Below are positions 9,473-18,247 of a DNA stretch of 64,000 nt, one piece after another. This DNA comes from Clostridia bacterium (GTDB taxonomy: Bacteria > Bacillota > Clostridia > RGIG6154). Position numbers and translations under genes: made by a program. A model generated the notes under the pieces. The model was not told the DNA's origin and did not search any database. It saw nothing but the letters and a program-made list of their open reading frames with translations. The stretch is taken from the NCBI GenBank assembly GCA_045589295.1, contig JAZNOU010000020.1, positions 1-64,000 on the forward strand, given 5' to 3'. Position 1 is the first letter of the stretch, and every line of letters begins with the position of its first letter.

Positions 9473-10102
9473 CTATTTTATAATGAGTTTGATAAGTAAG
9501 TTGTTGTTATAGAAATATTTTAATATGTTTGTAGACTGAAGAACTTCGTTAATTGAAGTGAAAACAGGTGTTGCTGCAAACAATACTGCAACAGCCAACA
9601 CAAGCCATAGAACTATAACAGATGAAACAACACCGCAAACTGTGCCACCTGCGTGATTTAAAAGATTAAGCACAGGAAGTTTCATAATAATTTCCAAAAC
9701 GCCCTCAAACAATCGAAGAGCAAGCTTTACCAAGAGATAAACAATTACTATACATAAGACACTCACTAAAATATTTGTTACTGAACTGCTTAATGCCAGA
9801 TTTGTTTCATTTATTGTTTCCCCGGCAATCTCCAAGAGCCAATCAGGCAGCCTTGAAACACTGTCTTGTTGTGATGCGGCAATGAATTGAGTAATTTTTT
9901 CCTCTATTAAAACAATCTTGTCCTTTATAAAAGGAACACTTATTATGTACTCGCTTACAGGTTTGTATACAACTGCAGTAATTATCCCGGAAGCAACAAA
10001 AGAAACAAGCCCGAAAAGGCCTTTAACAATCCCCTTTTTATATCCTTTAGCAGCAAATATCCAGATTAGTATTATACACGCTAAGTCAAGTATTAAACTC
10101 AA
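9473..10102 (-). CDS. CvpA family membrane protein
   Basis: N-terminal LD...GYKKG motif, four TM segments, LNHAGG. Confidence 0.75.
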   Translation of the reverse strand: MSLILDLACIILIWIFAAKGYKKGIVKGLFGLVSFVASGIITAVVYKPVSEYIISVPFIKDKIVLIEEKITQFIAASQQDSVSRLPDWLLEIAGETINETNLALSSSVTNILVSVLCIVIVYLLVKLALRLFEGVLEIIMKLPVLNLLNHAGGTVCGVVSSVIVLWLVLAVAVLFAATPVFTSINEVLQSTNILKYFYNNNLLIKLIIK

Positions 10103-10116
10103 GCATTACACCGCCT

Positions 10117-11226
10117 TTAATTTCTACCGTATCCTAATTTATATACACCAAGCATACTTTCTGACAATGTAAAAATGTGTTTCCCATCATCTGCAAGCTT
10201 AATGCTTTTGGCATCTTTGAGCATATCACCTGATGCTTTTACGTTCCCCCACGAACTTATCAAATATAATTTGCTTAAATTTGAAACAATTACCTTTCCT
10301 TTATTTTCGTCAATCATTTTAGCAACGCCGTCAATTATGTCGCTGCCTTTTTCTTTTAGTGAAGAATTTAAAACTATAATTTTACTTCCTGCCCCCTCGG
10401 AATTGCTAATTGCAACTGTCGGCATATTGGTGTTTTTAATATCAAAGCACAAAAGGTCATGTCCTGCAAAATCATATTTTTTCTTCAATTTACCACTTTG
10501 TGAAAAAAGTCTTAAACCACTGTCTGTAATAACTAAAACATTTTTACCGCTATATTCTAATTGATATGCAAGTTCAGAATCCAATATAACTTCACATACA
10601 GGGTTGTCCTCACTTGTTTTGAAAAATTTCACTATTGACTTTAAGCTGTCTTCTGAGTTAATTCCAACTACTGCAAACCTTTTGTTATTATCCGATATTT
10701 TTACGTCTACTGCATACAAATCGCCGGAATACCAAGTGTAAATCTTACTGCCCATATTGTCATATATTACAACAGTGGATTTATACCCGCTTTCGTTTGT
10801 AAGTACTGCGGTATATCCATTTTTATTTACACTTATACTTTTAATTGGCTCTTTTTCACTGATTTTATAAAGTTGCTTGTTATTTTTAAGCACAATAGCA
10901 TTTGGTGCACCTATATCTGCCACCACTGCAAATCTTTCTCTAGTATAGATGTATGGCGAGTATAGTTTAAAGGCTATATCTGCCTCATAATCACCTTTAT
11001 TGTTATAAAACTCTACACCTTTTGAATTAACCACCGTCATATACCCATTATACTGTTCAAAATCATGTTCCGATATAACAGACGGAGTTATGGTTTTTTG
11101 TGTGTCCTTAATATTCATTCCTGCAATCAATGAAAACAAGAACTTGCCGACACTTATTAAAACTGCAAGCACCAGCACTATTACTATAATAACTGTTACA
11201 AGTTTTTTCACATTAACTTTTTTCAC
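10117..11226 (-). CDS. Membrane-anchored beta-rich protein (DUF5711-like)
   Basis: N-terminal TM anchor then propeller-like repeats (VNKNGYTAV...GYKSTVVIYD); position between truA and cvpA. Confidence 0.6.
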   Translation of the reverse strand: MKKVNVKKLVTVIIVIVLVLAVLISVGKFLFSLIAGMNIKDTQKTITPSVISEHDFEQYNGYMTVVNSKGVEFYNNKGDYEADIAFKLYSPYIYTRERFAVVADIGAPNAIVLKNNKQLYKISEKEPIKSISVNKNGYTAVLTNESGYKSTVVIYDNMGSKIYTWYSGDLYAVDVKISDNNKRFAVVGINSEDSLKSIVKFFKTSEDNPVCEVILDSELAYQLEYSGKNVLVITDSGLRLFSQSGKLKKKYDFAGHDLLCFDIKNTNMPTVAISNSEGAGSKIIVLNSSLKEKGSDIIDGVAKMIDENKGKVIVSNLSKLYLISSWGNVKASGDMLKDAKSIKLADDGKHIFTLSESMLGVYKLGYGRN

Positions 11227-11237
11227 TTGTTTTCTCC

Positions 11238-11972
11238 TTAATATTCAACACTCTTAAGATAAAGTCCCTGAGGCGGTGCCGTAATCCCTGCCAAACGTCT
11301 GTCCCCGCTTGAAACGATTTTTTCAACATCTGAAGGATTAAGTTTGCCTCCTCCAACATACATCAAAGTACCCGCTATAATTCTTACCATATTATATAAA
11401 AAGCCGTTAGATGTAATTGAAATTTCAATGTCATCACCATCTTGTGTCAGGGTTAGGTCATAAACTGTCCTTACAGTTGTTTTAACCTGCGCTCCTGACG
11501 CCATAAAACACCTAAAATCATGCTCACCAATAATATGTTTTGCAGACTCACGCATTTTTTCAATATCAAGCTTGTACTTGTAGTGGCAAGAATATTTTTT
11601 TAAAAACGGGTTTGGAATTTCACTGTTGTGGATTTTATAGATATAGGTTTTTCTCTTTACTGAAAATCTGCCATCAAAGCTATCTGACACATCTTTTGCC
11701 CCGATAACTGAAATATCTTTCGGCAATATACTGTTTAAAGCAACCGGATACTTTTCTGTTGGCATAGAAGAATTTGTTTTAAAAGACAAGACATAATTTA
11801 AGGCATGGACTCCCGAATCGGTTCTTCCGCATCCCGAAACGGTTATTTTTTCCTTGGTGATTTTACTTAAAGCGTCTTCAATTACCTGCTGGATTGTTAC
11901 AAATCCGCTCTGACGCTGGTATCCAAAATAATTTGAGCCATCATACATAAGGGTAAGTGCAATGTTTTTCAT
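11238..11972 (-). CDS. truA: tRNA pseudouridine(38-40) synthase
   Basis: YDGS, GRTDSGVHA, FLYNMVR, TAPPQGLYL. Confidence 0.97.
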   Translation of the reverse strand: MKNIALTLMYDGSNYFGYQRQSGFVTIQQVIEDALSKITKEKITVSGCGRTDSGVHALNYVLSFKTNSSMPTEKYPVALNSILPKDISVIGAKDVSDSFDGRFSVKRKTYIYKIHNSEIPNPFLKKYSCHYKYKLDIEKMRESAKHIIGEHDFRCFMASGAQVKTTVRTVYDLTLTQDGDDIEISITSNGFLYNMVRIIAGTLMYVGGGKLNPSDVEKIVSSGDRRLAGITAPPQGLYLKSVEY

Positions 11973-11978
11973 ATTTTT

Positions 11979-12782
11979 TCACCCCGTAAATATGTTCAAT
12001 ATGATAATCAATATAATAAGTGCAAAGGTGAGAAAAAGTGCAATATAATCACGATTTTTGCATTTGAGCACCTTTAATTTTGTTCTCCCATCTCCGCCTC
12101 TGTAACAACGACATTCCATTGCAGTTGCAAGCTCATCTGCTCTTCTAAACGAACTTATAAAAAGCGGAATAAGTATTGGTATCATAGCTTTTGCACGGCT
12201 TAACAGACTTCCTGATGTAAAATCTGCACCTCTTGCACTTTGTGCTTTTATAATTTTATCTGTTTCTTCAAGCAATGTAGGAATAAATCTTAAGGCAATT
12301 GTCATCATCATCGCAATTTCGTGAGATGGCACCTTAATTACTTTTAGGGGTTTTAAAAGCCTTTCAATTCCGTCTGTAAGCATAATAGGTGATGTTGTAA
12401 GTGTTAAGAGTGTTGTTGCCGTTACAAGCAAAAATAGTCTTAAAACCATTACAAACGCAAGTAATACTCCTTCATAAGTTACTCTTAAAAACCACCATTT
12501 AAAAAGCACACGCCCATCCGTTAAGAAAACATTTATGACAGCTGTAAAAATCATAATGAACAAAAGCGGTTTTAAGCCTTTAAAAATAAATCCTACAGGA
12601 ACTCTGCTTATTACAACACTAACTACAATAAAAGCAGTGCACAAAAGATACGAATAAAAAGATTGTGCAACAAACAGACCCACTATTATTGCCATAGCAA
12701 TAACAATTTTAATCCTTGGGTCTAATCTGTGTATTATTGAGTTTGCAGGATAAAACTGTCCCAATGTAATGTCGCCTAACAT
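11979..12782 (-). CDS. ecfT: ECF transporter transmembrane T component
   Basis: LDPRIK, IALRFIP, AQSARG, AMECR. Confidence 0.95.
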   Translation of the reverse strand: MLGDITLGQFYPANSIIHRLDPRIKIVIAMAIIVGLFVAQSFYSYLLCTAFIVVSVVISRVPVGFIFKGLKPLLFIMIFTAVINVFLTDGRVLFKWWFLRVTYEGVLLAFVMVLRLFLLVTATTLLTLTTSPIMLTDGIERLLKPLKVIKVPSHEIAMMMTIALRFIPTLLEETDKIIKAQSARGADFTSGSLLSRAKAMIPILIPLFISSFRRADELATAMECRCYRGGDGRTKLKVLKCKNRDYIALFLTFALIILIIILNIFTG

Positions 12783-13633
12783 TTCTCTCTCCTTAAAATT
12801 TCAGCTATAACTTTTGCCGCTTCAGCTGTATCAAATATACCCTCAGGAACAGGATAACCAAGTTTCCTTATTCTTTCTGCGAGTTTGCACATATTAGGAA
12901 CATCAAGTCCCATCTCAAAAAGCTTATCTTGTTTTGAAAATACTTCTTTGGGTGTTCCTGTGAGCACTGCTTTCCCTTTATGCATAACAACAAGACTGGA
13001 TGCATATTTTGCCATATCTTCCATGCTGTGTGATACCAAAATTACTGTAGTTTTTTCTCTTTCATGAAGACACTTAATACTCTCAAGCACAGCATTTCTT
13101 CCGGCAGGATCAAGCCCTGCTGCCGGCTCGTCCAATATCAAGACTTTTGGTTTCATTGCAATGACACCTGCTAGTGCCACTCTTCTTTTTTGTCCGCCAG
13201 AAAGTTCAAAAGGTGATTTTTGCAGTAAATCGTAATCAAGTCCCACCATTTTTGCAGCGTCATGAATTCTGATGTCCGCTTCATCACCCTTAATTCCGTA
13301 ATTATTTAGGCCAAATGCAATATCTTTATAAACAGTTTCTTCAAAGAGCTGAGATTCAGGATATTGGAAAACCAAACCTACTTCTGCACGAATTTTTTTA
13401 AGGTCAGTACCTTTTTCAAAAATATCAACCCCGTTATATATAACTGTACCCTCAGCAGGCTTTAATATGCCGTTCAAATGCTGGATTAAAGTTGATTTTC
13501 CTGAACCTGTGTGCCCGATCACTCCGATAAAATCGCCGTCATCAAAACTGACACTTACATTATCAAGTGCCACTTTTTCGTAAGGTCCTCCCTTACCATA
13601 AATATGTGTTAAATTTTTAACTTCAATGCTCAT
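12776..13633 (-). CDS. ecfA2: ECF transporter ATPase A'
   Basis: [35 protein letters not shown]. Confidence 0.95.
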   Translation of the reverse strand: MSIEVKNLTHIYGKGGPYEKVALDNVSVSFDDGDFIGVIGHTGSGKSTLIQHLNGILKPAEGTVIYNGVDIFEKGTDLKKIRAEVGLVFQYPESQLFEETVYKDIAFGLNNYGIKGDEADIRIHDAAKMVGLDYDLLQKSPFELSGGQKRRVALAGVIAMKPKVLILDEPAAGLDPAGRNAVLESIKCLHEREKTTVILVSHSMEDMAKYASSLVVMHKGKAVLTGTPKEVFSKQDKLFEMGLDVPNMCKLAERIRKLGYPVPEGIFDTAEAAKVIAEILRREKC

Positions 13634-14468
13634 TTTTAATCACAGCCTCAAATTTATCCATAAAATCATCAATAGTTAAAATACCATTAGCGAGATCAAA
13701 CCCTTCAAGCTTTAAAAGATAAGAAAGTTCTGTAACCTCAGGAACGCCAAGTTTTAACTTCTTTAATTCCTCAACACAGTCAAAAACTTTTTCAGGAATG
13801 TCATCCATTACAATTTTACCTTCGTCCAACACTACAACCCTGTCAGCCTGTGCCGCCTCTTCCATATAATGAGTTATTAAAACAACTGTCATACCAAGCT
13901 CTTTGTTAAGGTTTTTTATTGTATCCATAACTTCTTTTCTGCCCATTGGGTCAAGCATCGCGGTAGACTCATCCAAAATAATACATTCGGGTTCCATAGC
14001 CAAAATTCCTGCTATTGCAACCCTTTGCTTCTGCCCTCCCGAAAGCATATGCGGTGCATGTTTTATATACGCTGACATACCAACTGTTTTTAATGCATTA
14101 TCTACCCTTTTTCTTATTTCTGCAGACGGTACACCTAAATTTTCAGGACCAAATGCAATATCCTCTTCCACAATGGTTGCAACTAATTGATTGTCTGGAT
14201 TTTGGAAAACCATTCCTGCCTTTTTTCTTATTTCGTACAAAAGCTCTTCATTTGAAGTATCCATTGAATCAACATAAACTTTTCCGCCCTCAGGAATTAA
14301 AATGGCATTAAAAGTTCTTGCAAGTGTTGATTTTCCAGAACCATTATGTCCTAAAAGTGCAACAAACTGGCCCTTCGGAATTTCCAAAGAGACGTCTTTT
14401 AATACTAAATTCTTTTTCTCAGTTTCTTCATCCATATAGGAATAAAAAAGATTTTGCGCTTTAATCAT
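13623..14468 (-). CDS. ecfA1: ECF transporter ATPase A
   Basis: [35 protein letters not shown]. Confidence 0.95.
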   Translation of the reverse strand: MIKAQNLFYSYMDEETEKKNLVLKDVSLEIPKGQFVALLGHNGSGKSTLARTFNAILIPEGGKVYVDSMDTSNEELLYEIRKKAGMVFQNPDNQLVATIVEEDIAFGPENLGVPSAEIRKRVDNALKTVGMSAYIKHAPHMLSGGQKQRVAIAGILAMEPECIILDESTAMLDPMGRKEVMDTIKNLNKELGMTVVLITHYMEEAAQADRVVVLDEGKIVMDDIPEKVFDCVEELKKLKLGVPEVTELSYLLKLEGFDLANGILTIDDFMDKFEAVIKNEH

Positions 14469-14473
14469 TTATG

Positions 14474-15340
14474 TCATTCTCCAAAAATACATCTTGCAGT
14501 AGAGCCGCATGGCAAAACAATTCCGTCTTCTGTAACGGGTAGCCCTAATTCGTCTGCCTCAATGCTTTTTATTTTAAATTGTTTTCCTGCCGTTAGTTTT
14601 AAAATATCTGATAACACTGATGGTGCAAGCCCCGTTGTGTATGAATTAATTATAAAAAACAGCGGCTTGTCCTCTAAAACTTTAACGCACTCTGACACCA
14701 AGTTATAAAGCTCATTTTCAAGCTTCCATATTTCGCCGTTAGGACCTCTTCCGTACGAAGGTGGGTCCATAATAATTGCGTGGTACTTGTTGCCTCTTCT
14801 TTGTTCTCTTAAAACAAACTTTAAAACATCATCTACAATATATCTTATAGGTTTATCAGAAAGCCCTGATGCTTTCGCGTTATCCTTTGCCCACGCAACC
14901 ATTCCCTTTGATGCATCAACGTGGCAAACTTTAGCGCCTGCTGCCGCTGCTGCAACTGTGGCACCGCCTGTATAAGCAAACAAATTCAAAACTTTTATTT
15001 CCCTGTTGCTGTTACTGATAATTTGGTCTATAAAATCCCAGTTTGCCGCCTGCTCAGGAAACAATCCTGTATGTTTAAACCCTGTAGGTCTTACTATAAA
15101 ATTAAGATTTCTGTATGATACATTCCACTGCTCAGGAAGGGATTTTTTAAACTCCCAATGTCCTCCGCCTGAAGAACTTCTTTTGTATATTCCGTGGGCA
15201 AGATTTTTTTTGGTTATTTTTGTTTTCCATATAACCTGCGGGTCAGGTCTTAAAAGAACATAATCCTTCCAGCGCTCAAGTTTATCACCGCCGCCTGTTT
15301 CTATAACCTCATAATCTTTCCATTTGTCTGCTAAAATCAT
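14474..15340 (-). CDS. Class I SAM-dependent methyltransferase (RlmI/RlmK-like)
   Basis: KHTGLFPEQ, VLNLFAYTG, VDAS, MDPPSYG. Confidence 0.88.
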   Translation of the reverse strand: MILADKWKDYEVIETGGGDKLERWKDYVLLRPDPQVIWKTKITKKNLAHGIYKRSSSGGGHWEFKKSLPEQWNVSYRNLNFIVRPTGFKHTGLFPEQAANWDFIDQIISNSNREIKVLNLFAYTGGATVAAAAAGAKVCHVDASKGMVAWAKDNAKASGLSDKPIRYIVDDVLKFVLREQRRGNKYHAIIMDPPSYGRGPNGEIWKLENELYNLVSECVKVLEDKPLFFIINSYTTGLAPSVLSDILKLTAGKQFKIKSIEADELGLPVTEDGIVLPCGSTARCIFGE

Positions 15341-15351
15341 ATTTTTCTCCG

Positions 15352-16155
15352 TTAAATTCTATATATAATATCTGCTATTGCATGGTCGTTATTACTTTTA
15401 GTAATTCTGTCTGCAACTTTTTTCAAATTTTCTGTAGCATTTTGTGTTGCATAGCTCAATCCTGAAGCCTGTATAAGTTCAATATCATTATCGTTATCTC
15501 CTGCAGTAATAACATTTTTTAAATCAACATTTAAAATGCCGCAAAGTTCTTTTAAGGCATTTCCTTTATTTACGTCTTTTCTCAAAATTTCATAATACCA
15601 CTTATGTGACTTTAAAAGCTTGTACTCGCTTTGATAAACAGAATTTTCAAGTTCAGTATACATACGCTCGGTTTCATTTTCTTCTTGGGCAAATAAAATT
15701 TTTATTATAGGACCTTTAACATCTTCTATATTGCAATCAAGATGTGTTACACAAGAAATGTTTTCAAGTTTATGATGCCTGCTTGTTGCATTATTTTCTT
15801 TTACAAATGCAATATCATACAGCCTGTAAAACTCGATCCCTGAAAACGGAAACTTTTGAGAAATTTCTTTAGTAATTTCGATTGCGCGTCTGTCTATTGA
15901 TTTGTAACTGACATATTCTTTTTTGTTGACATCATAAATTGCACTTCCATTTTGGCAAACTACAGGAATCTTAATAAACTCATTTAACACGCTTGGAATT
16001 GTAAATGGTATTCTTCCTGTGGCAATGGTAAAAATGCCACCATGTTGTGTAAAATACCTAATCGCCTCAATATTTTCTTCCGACACATTGTTTTTGTCAT
16101 TTGTTAATGTTCCGTCAATGTCGGTACAAAGCATAACGCCTTCAAATTTTTTCAT
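15352..16155 (-). CDS. Cof-type HAD-IIB phosphatase
   Basis: DIDGT, ATGR, NKG, GDNDND. Confidence 0.93.
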   Translation of the reverse strand: MKKFEGVMLCTDIDGTLTNDKNNVSEENIEAIRYFTQHGGIFTIATGRIPFTIPSVLNEFIKIPVVCQNGSAIYDVNKKEYVSYKSIDRRAIEITKEISQKFPFSGIEFYRLYDIAFVKENNATSRHHKLENISCVTHLDCNIEDVKGPIIKILFAQEENETERMYTELENSVYQSEYKLLKSHKWYYEILRKDVNKGNALKELCGILNVDLKNVITAGDNDNDIELIQASGLSYATQNATENLKKVADRITKSNNDHAIADIIYRI

Positions 16156-16164
16156 TTTTGACTC

Positions 16165-17985
16165 CTAAATTCTGTTCAGAACTCTGTAGTTATTTACTTT
16201 TATAACAAGCTTAAATAAAAGTGATAAAATAATTGAAAGCCACACTGCCGATGAACCATTTAAAATCATTATAAAAAGTATAGTTTTTAAAATAAGTTCA
16301 AATATAAAATTAATTATCATCAAAGCTTTTGTGCTTGACAAAACGCCGATATACTGCGCTGCTGCTGATAAATCCTGCGTATTAAAGTTAGCATCAAATC
16401 GCAAATCCGGCTCATAATCGTAAGTGATAACAGGTGATGATGATAAAAGTTCTGCATCAATTCCATCAGCCAAAACAAGCCATTTTTTACCCAAATTATC
16501 TATATGCTCTTTAATTTCAGTCCTTGTAAGATCACCAAATGCCGCCGACATTCCGCAGCTTATTGCAGCAGAATCTGCTGTCCTTTGGCTTTCCTGTGAT
16601 AAAACAACCGTTTTCTTAATTCCGTGCAGTCTTAAAGCATCAATTGCCTGCTTTGCATTTTCTTTAACAAAATACTCAAACTCAACATAACCAATGTACT
16701 CGCCATTTACCGCAACACAAATTTTATTTATATCGTTTGGTATATCTGTGCGTATCCCTACTCTCAACAATGAATCAGCAGGACCCGACAGCACCTCAAT
16801 CCCTTCCATTTTTATAATTGCGGTGTTATCGTCAATCTTCATATAATTCTTTATAAGTCTTTTGTCAACTTTTTTACCGATTTCATTTACACACGCACCT
16901 AAAATTCCTTTGTTGATTTTATACTGAGAATACGCAGTAAAGAGCAAAAGTTCATCTTTTGTTGTTTTGGGACTTGGATATGCCGATCTGACAGAAGGAA
17001 ATCTGTTTGTAATTACACCTCTTGTAAAAAATGCAACATTTTTCACACTGAGTGTCTTTTCAATAAATTTGTTTTTTGCAACTATTATACCTTTTTGGGC
17101 ACTTTTTAAAACTGCAGTTTTGTATCCGTCAGGAATAATACTCTGAAGACCTGAAAACGATGAAAATATAAACACCATAGGGACAGTATAAACCAAATAT
17201 TCCCAGTTGCTTATATCTTTTATAAATTTAACTCCACAAAAAATCCAAAGTGCCACAACAAAAATCAGTGAAAGAACATTACATATAACATTCCCATAGT
17301 TTTCCATTGTTGTTTTTCCGCTGGATGCCCCTTTAACCTTTTCAACAGACTTTGCAAGTTTGCTATCTAAAACAGATGTTGCAGCTTCTACAATTATGTG
17401 ACCATTTAATAGTGTGTATCCTGCCAAAACTTCCGTGCCATTTGAAACAGTAATTGCCTTGCTGTCGCCGCTGATATTAACCGCATTTATTGTGCCTGTT
17501 CCTGCTTTAATAACACCATCAACAGGCATAACTTCACCTGAGAAAAGCTCAACAAAATCACCGTGATAAATATCAAGTGCATTTGTTATTTCAGAGTTTC
17601 TGTCAGCTACTGTATGATATTTTTTCTCCTTAATATCTTCAAAAAGTTCCAAAAGTTCCGAATCTAAGTTGAAAACCGAATCCATTGCAGATGCGGTGAA
17701 TGAATATAAAAGAGCGCACCAAAGAGCATTTGAATTCTTCTGACAAACCAAAAGATAAACAAATGCTGCAATACACATAAAATCCAGATTAAAATACTTC
17801 TTAGCCTTAAAATCCAAAACCATAGACTTAAGCCTTGGAAACATAACAAGCACTAAAGCAATAACATTAAATACGGTGTTTAAAAAATTGTCAAAACTAA
17901 AAGACAAAAAGAAAAATATAACACCAAGTGACATTATAAAGCTGTTGAAAACTTTAAAATCTATTTTTATTTTTTTTAAATTCAT
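16165..17985 (-). CDS. P1B-type (CadA/ZntA-like) ATPase homolog lacking its catalytic motifs
   Basis: Collinear by eye with the CadA at 62608-64000 (GEVMPVDG, KGIIV, IINFIF..K) but DKTGT, TGE, CPC, HP, TGD and GDGIND are altered; 606 aa uninterrupted. Confidence 0.85.
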   Translation of the reverse strand: MNLKKIKIDFKVFNSFIMSLGVIFFFLSFSFDNFLNTVFNVIALVLVMFPRLKSMVLDFKAKKYFNLDFMCIAAFVYLLVCQKNSNALWCALLYSFTASAMDSVFNLDSELLELFEDIKEKKYHTVADRNSEITNALDIYHGDFVELFSGEVMPVDGVIKAGTGTINAVNISGDSKAITVSNGTEVLAGYTLLNGHIIVEAATSVLDSKLAKSVEKVKGASSGKTTMENYGNVICNVLSLIFVVALWIFCGVKFIKDISNWEYLVYTVPMVFIFSSFSGLQSIIPDGYKTAVLKSAQKGIIVAKNKFIEKTLSVKNVAFFTRGVITNRFPSVRSAYPSPKTTKDELLLFTAYSQYKINKGILGACVNEIGKKVDKRLIKNYMKIDDNTAIIKMEGIEVLSGPADSLLRVGIRTDIPNDINKICVAVNGEYIGYVEFEYFVKENAKQAIDALRLHGIKKTVVLSQESQRTADSAAISCGMSAAFGDLTRTEIKEHIDNLGKKWLVLADGIDAELLSSSPVITYDYEPDLRFDANFNTQDLSAAAQYIGVLSSTKALMIINFIFELILKTILFIMILNGSSAVWLSIILSLLFKLVIKVNNYRVLNRI

Positions 17986-18010
17986 TAAATTTCACCATCA
18001 ATTCTAAGAT

Positions 18011-18046
18011 AAAAAAACAAGCCCCAAGAAAATGCTCTTGGGGCTT
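18011..18046 (-). terminator. Intrinsic terminator after tRNA-Gly
   Basis: AAGCCCCAAGA / TCTTGGGGCTT stem then GTTTTTTT on the minus strand. Confidence 0.8.
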
Positions 18047-18050
18047 TACA

Positions 18051-18125
18051 TGGAGCGGAAGACGAGATTCGAACTCGCGACGTTCACCTTGGCAAGGTGA
18101 CGCTCTACCACTGAGCCACTCCCGC
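18051..18125 (-). tRNA. tRNA-Gly(GCC)
   Basis: Reverse complement GCGGGAGTGGCTCAGTGGTAGAGCG-TCACC-TTGCCAA-GGTGA...GTTCGAA...TTCCGCTCCA. Confidence 0.97.
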
Positions 18126-18146
18126 ATGTTGTCTTGAACAACAAAT

Positions 18147-18175
18147 ATAATACCATATTTTTTGGCATTTGTAAA
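18147..18175 (-). promoter_or_regulatory. Putative sigma-A promoter for tRNA-Gly
   Basis: TTTACA, 17 bp spacer, TG-n-TATTAT on the minus strand; A/T tracts upstream. Confidence 0.7.
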
Positions 18176-18209
18176 GGGTTTTTTTAAAAAAAAACATTAT
18201 TTTTTTTAC

Positions 18210-18238
18210 AAAAAATGCGGTGCCTTGAAAGCACCGCA
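18210..18238 (-). terminator. Intrinsic terminator after PFOR
   Basis: TGCGGTGC / GCACCGCA stem with T tract on the minus strand. Confidence 0.8.
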
Positions 18239-18247
18239 CATTTTTAA

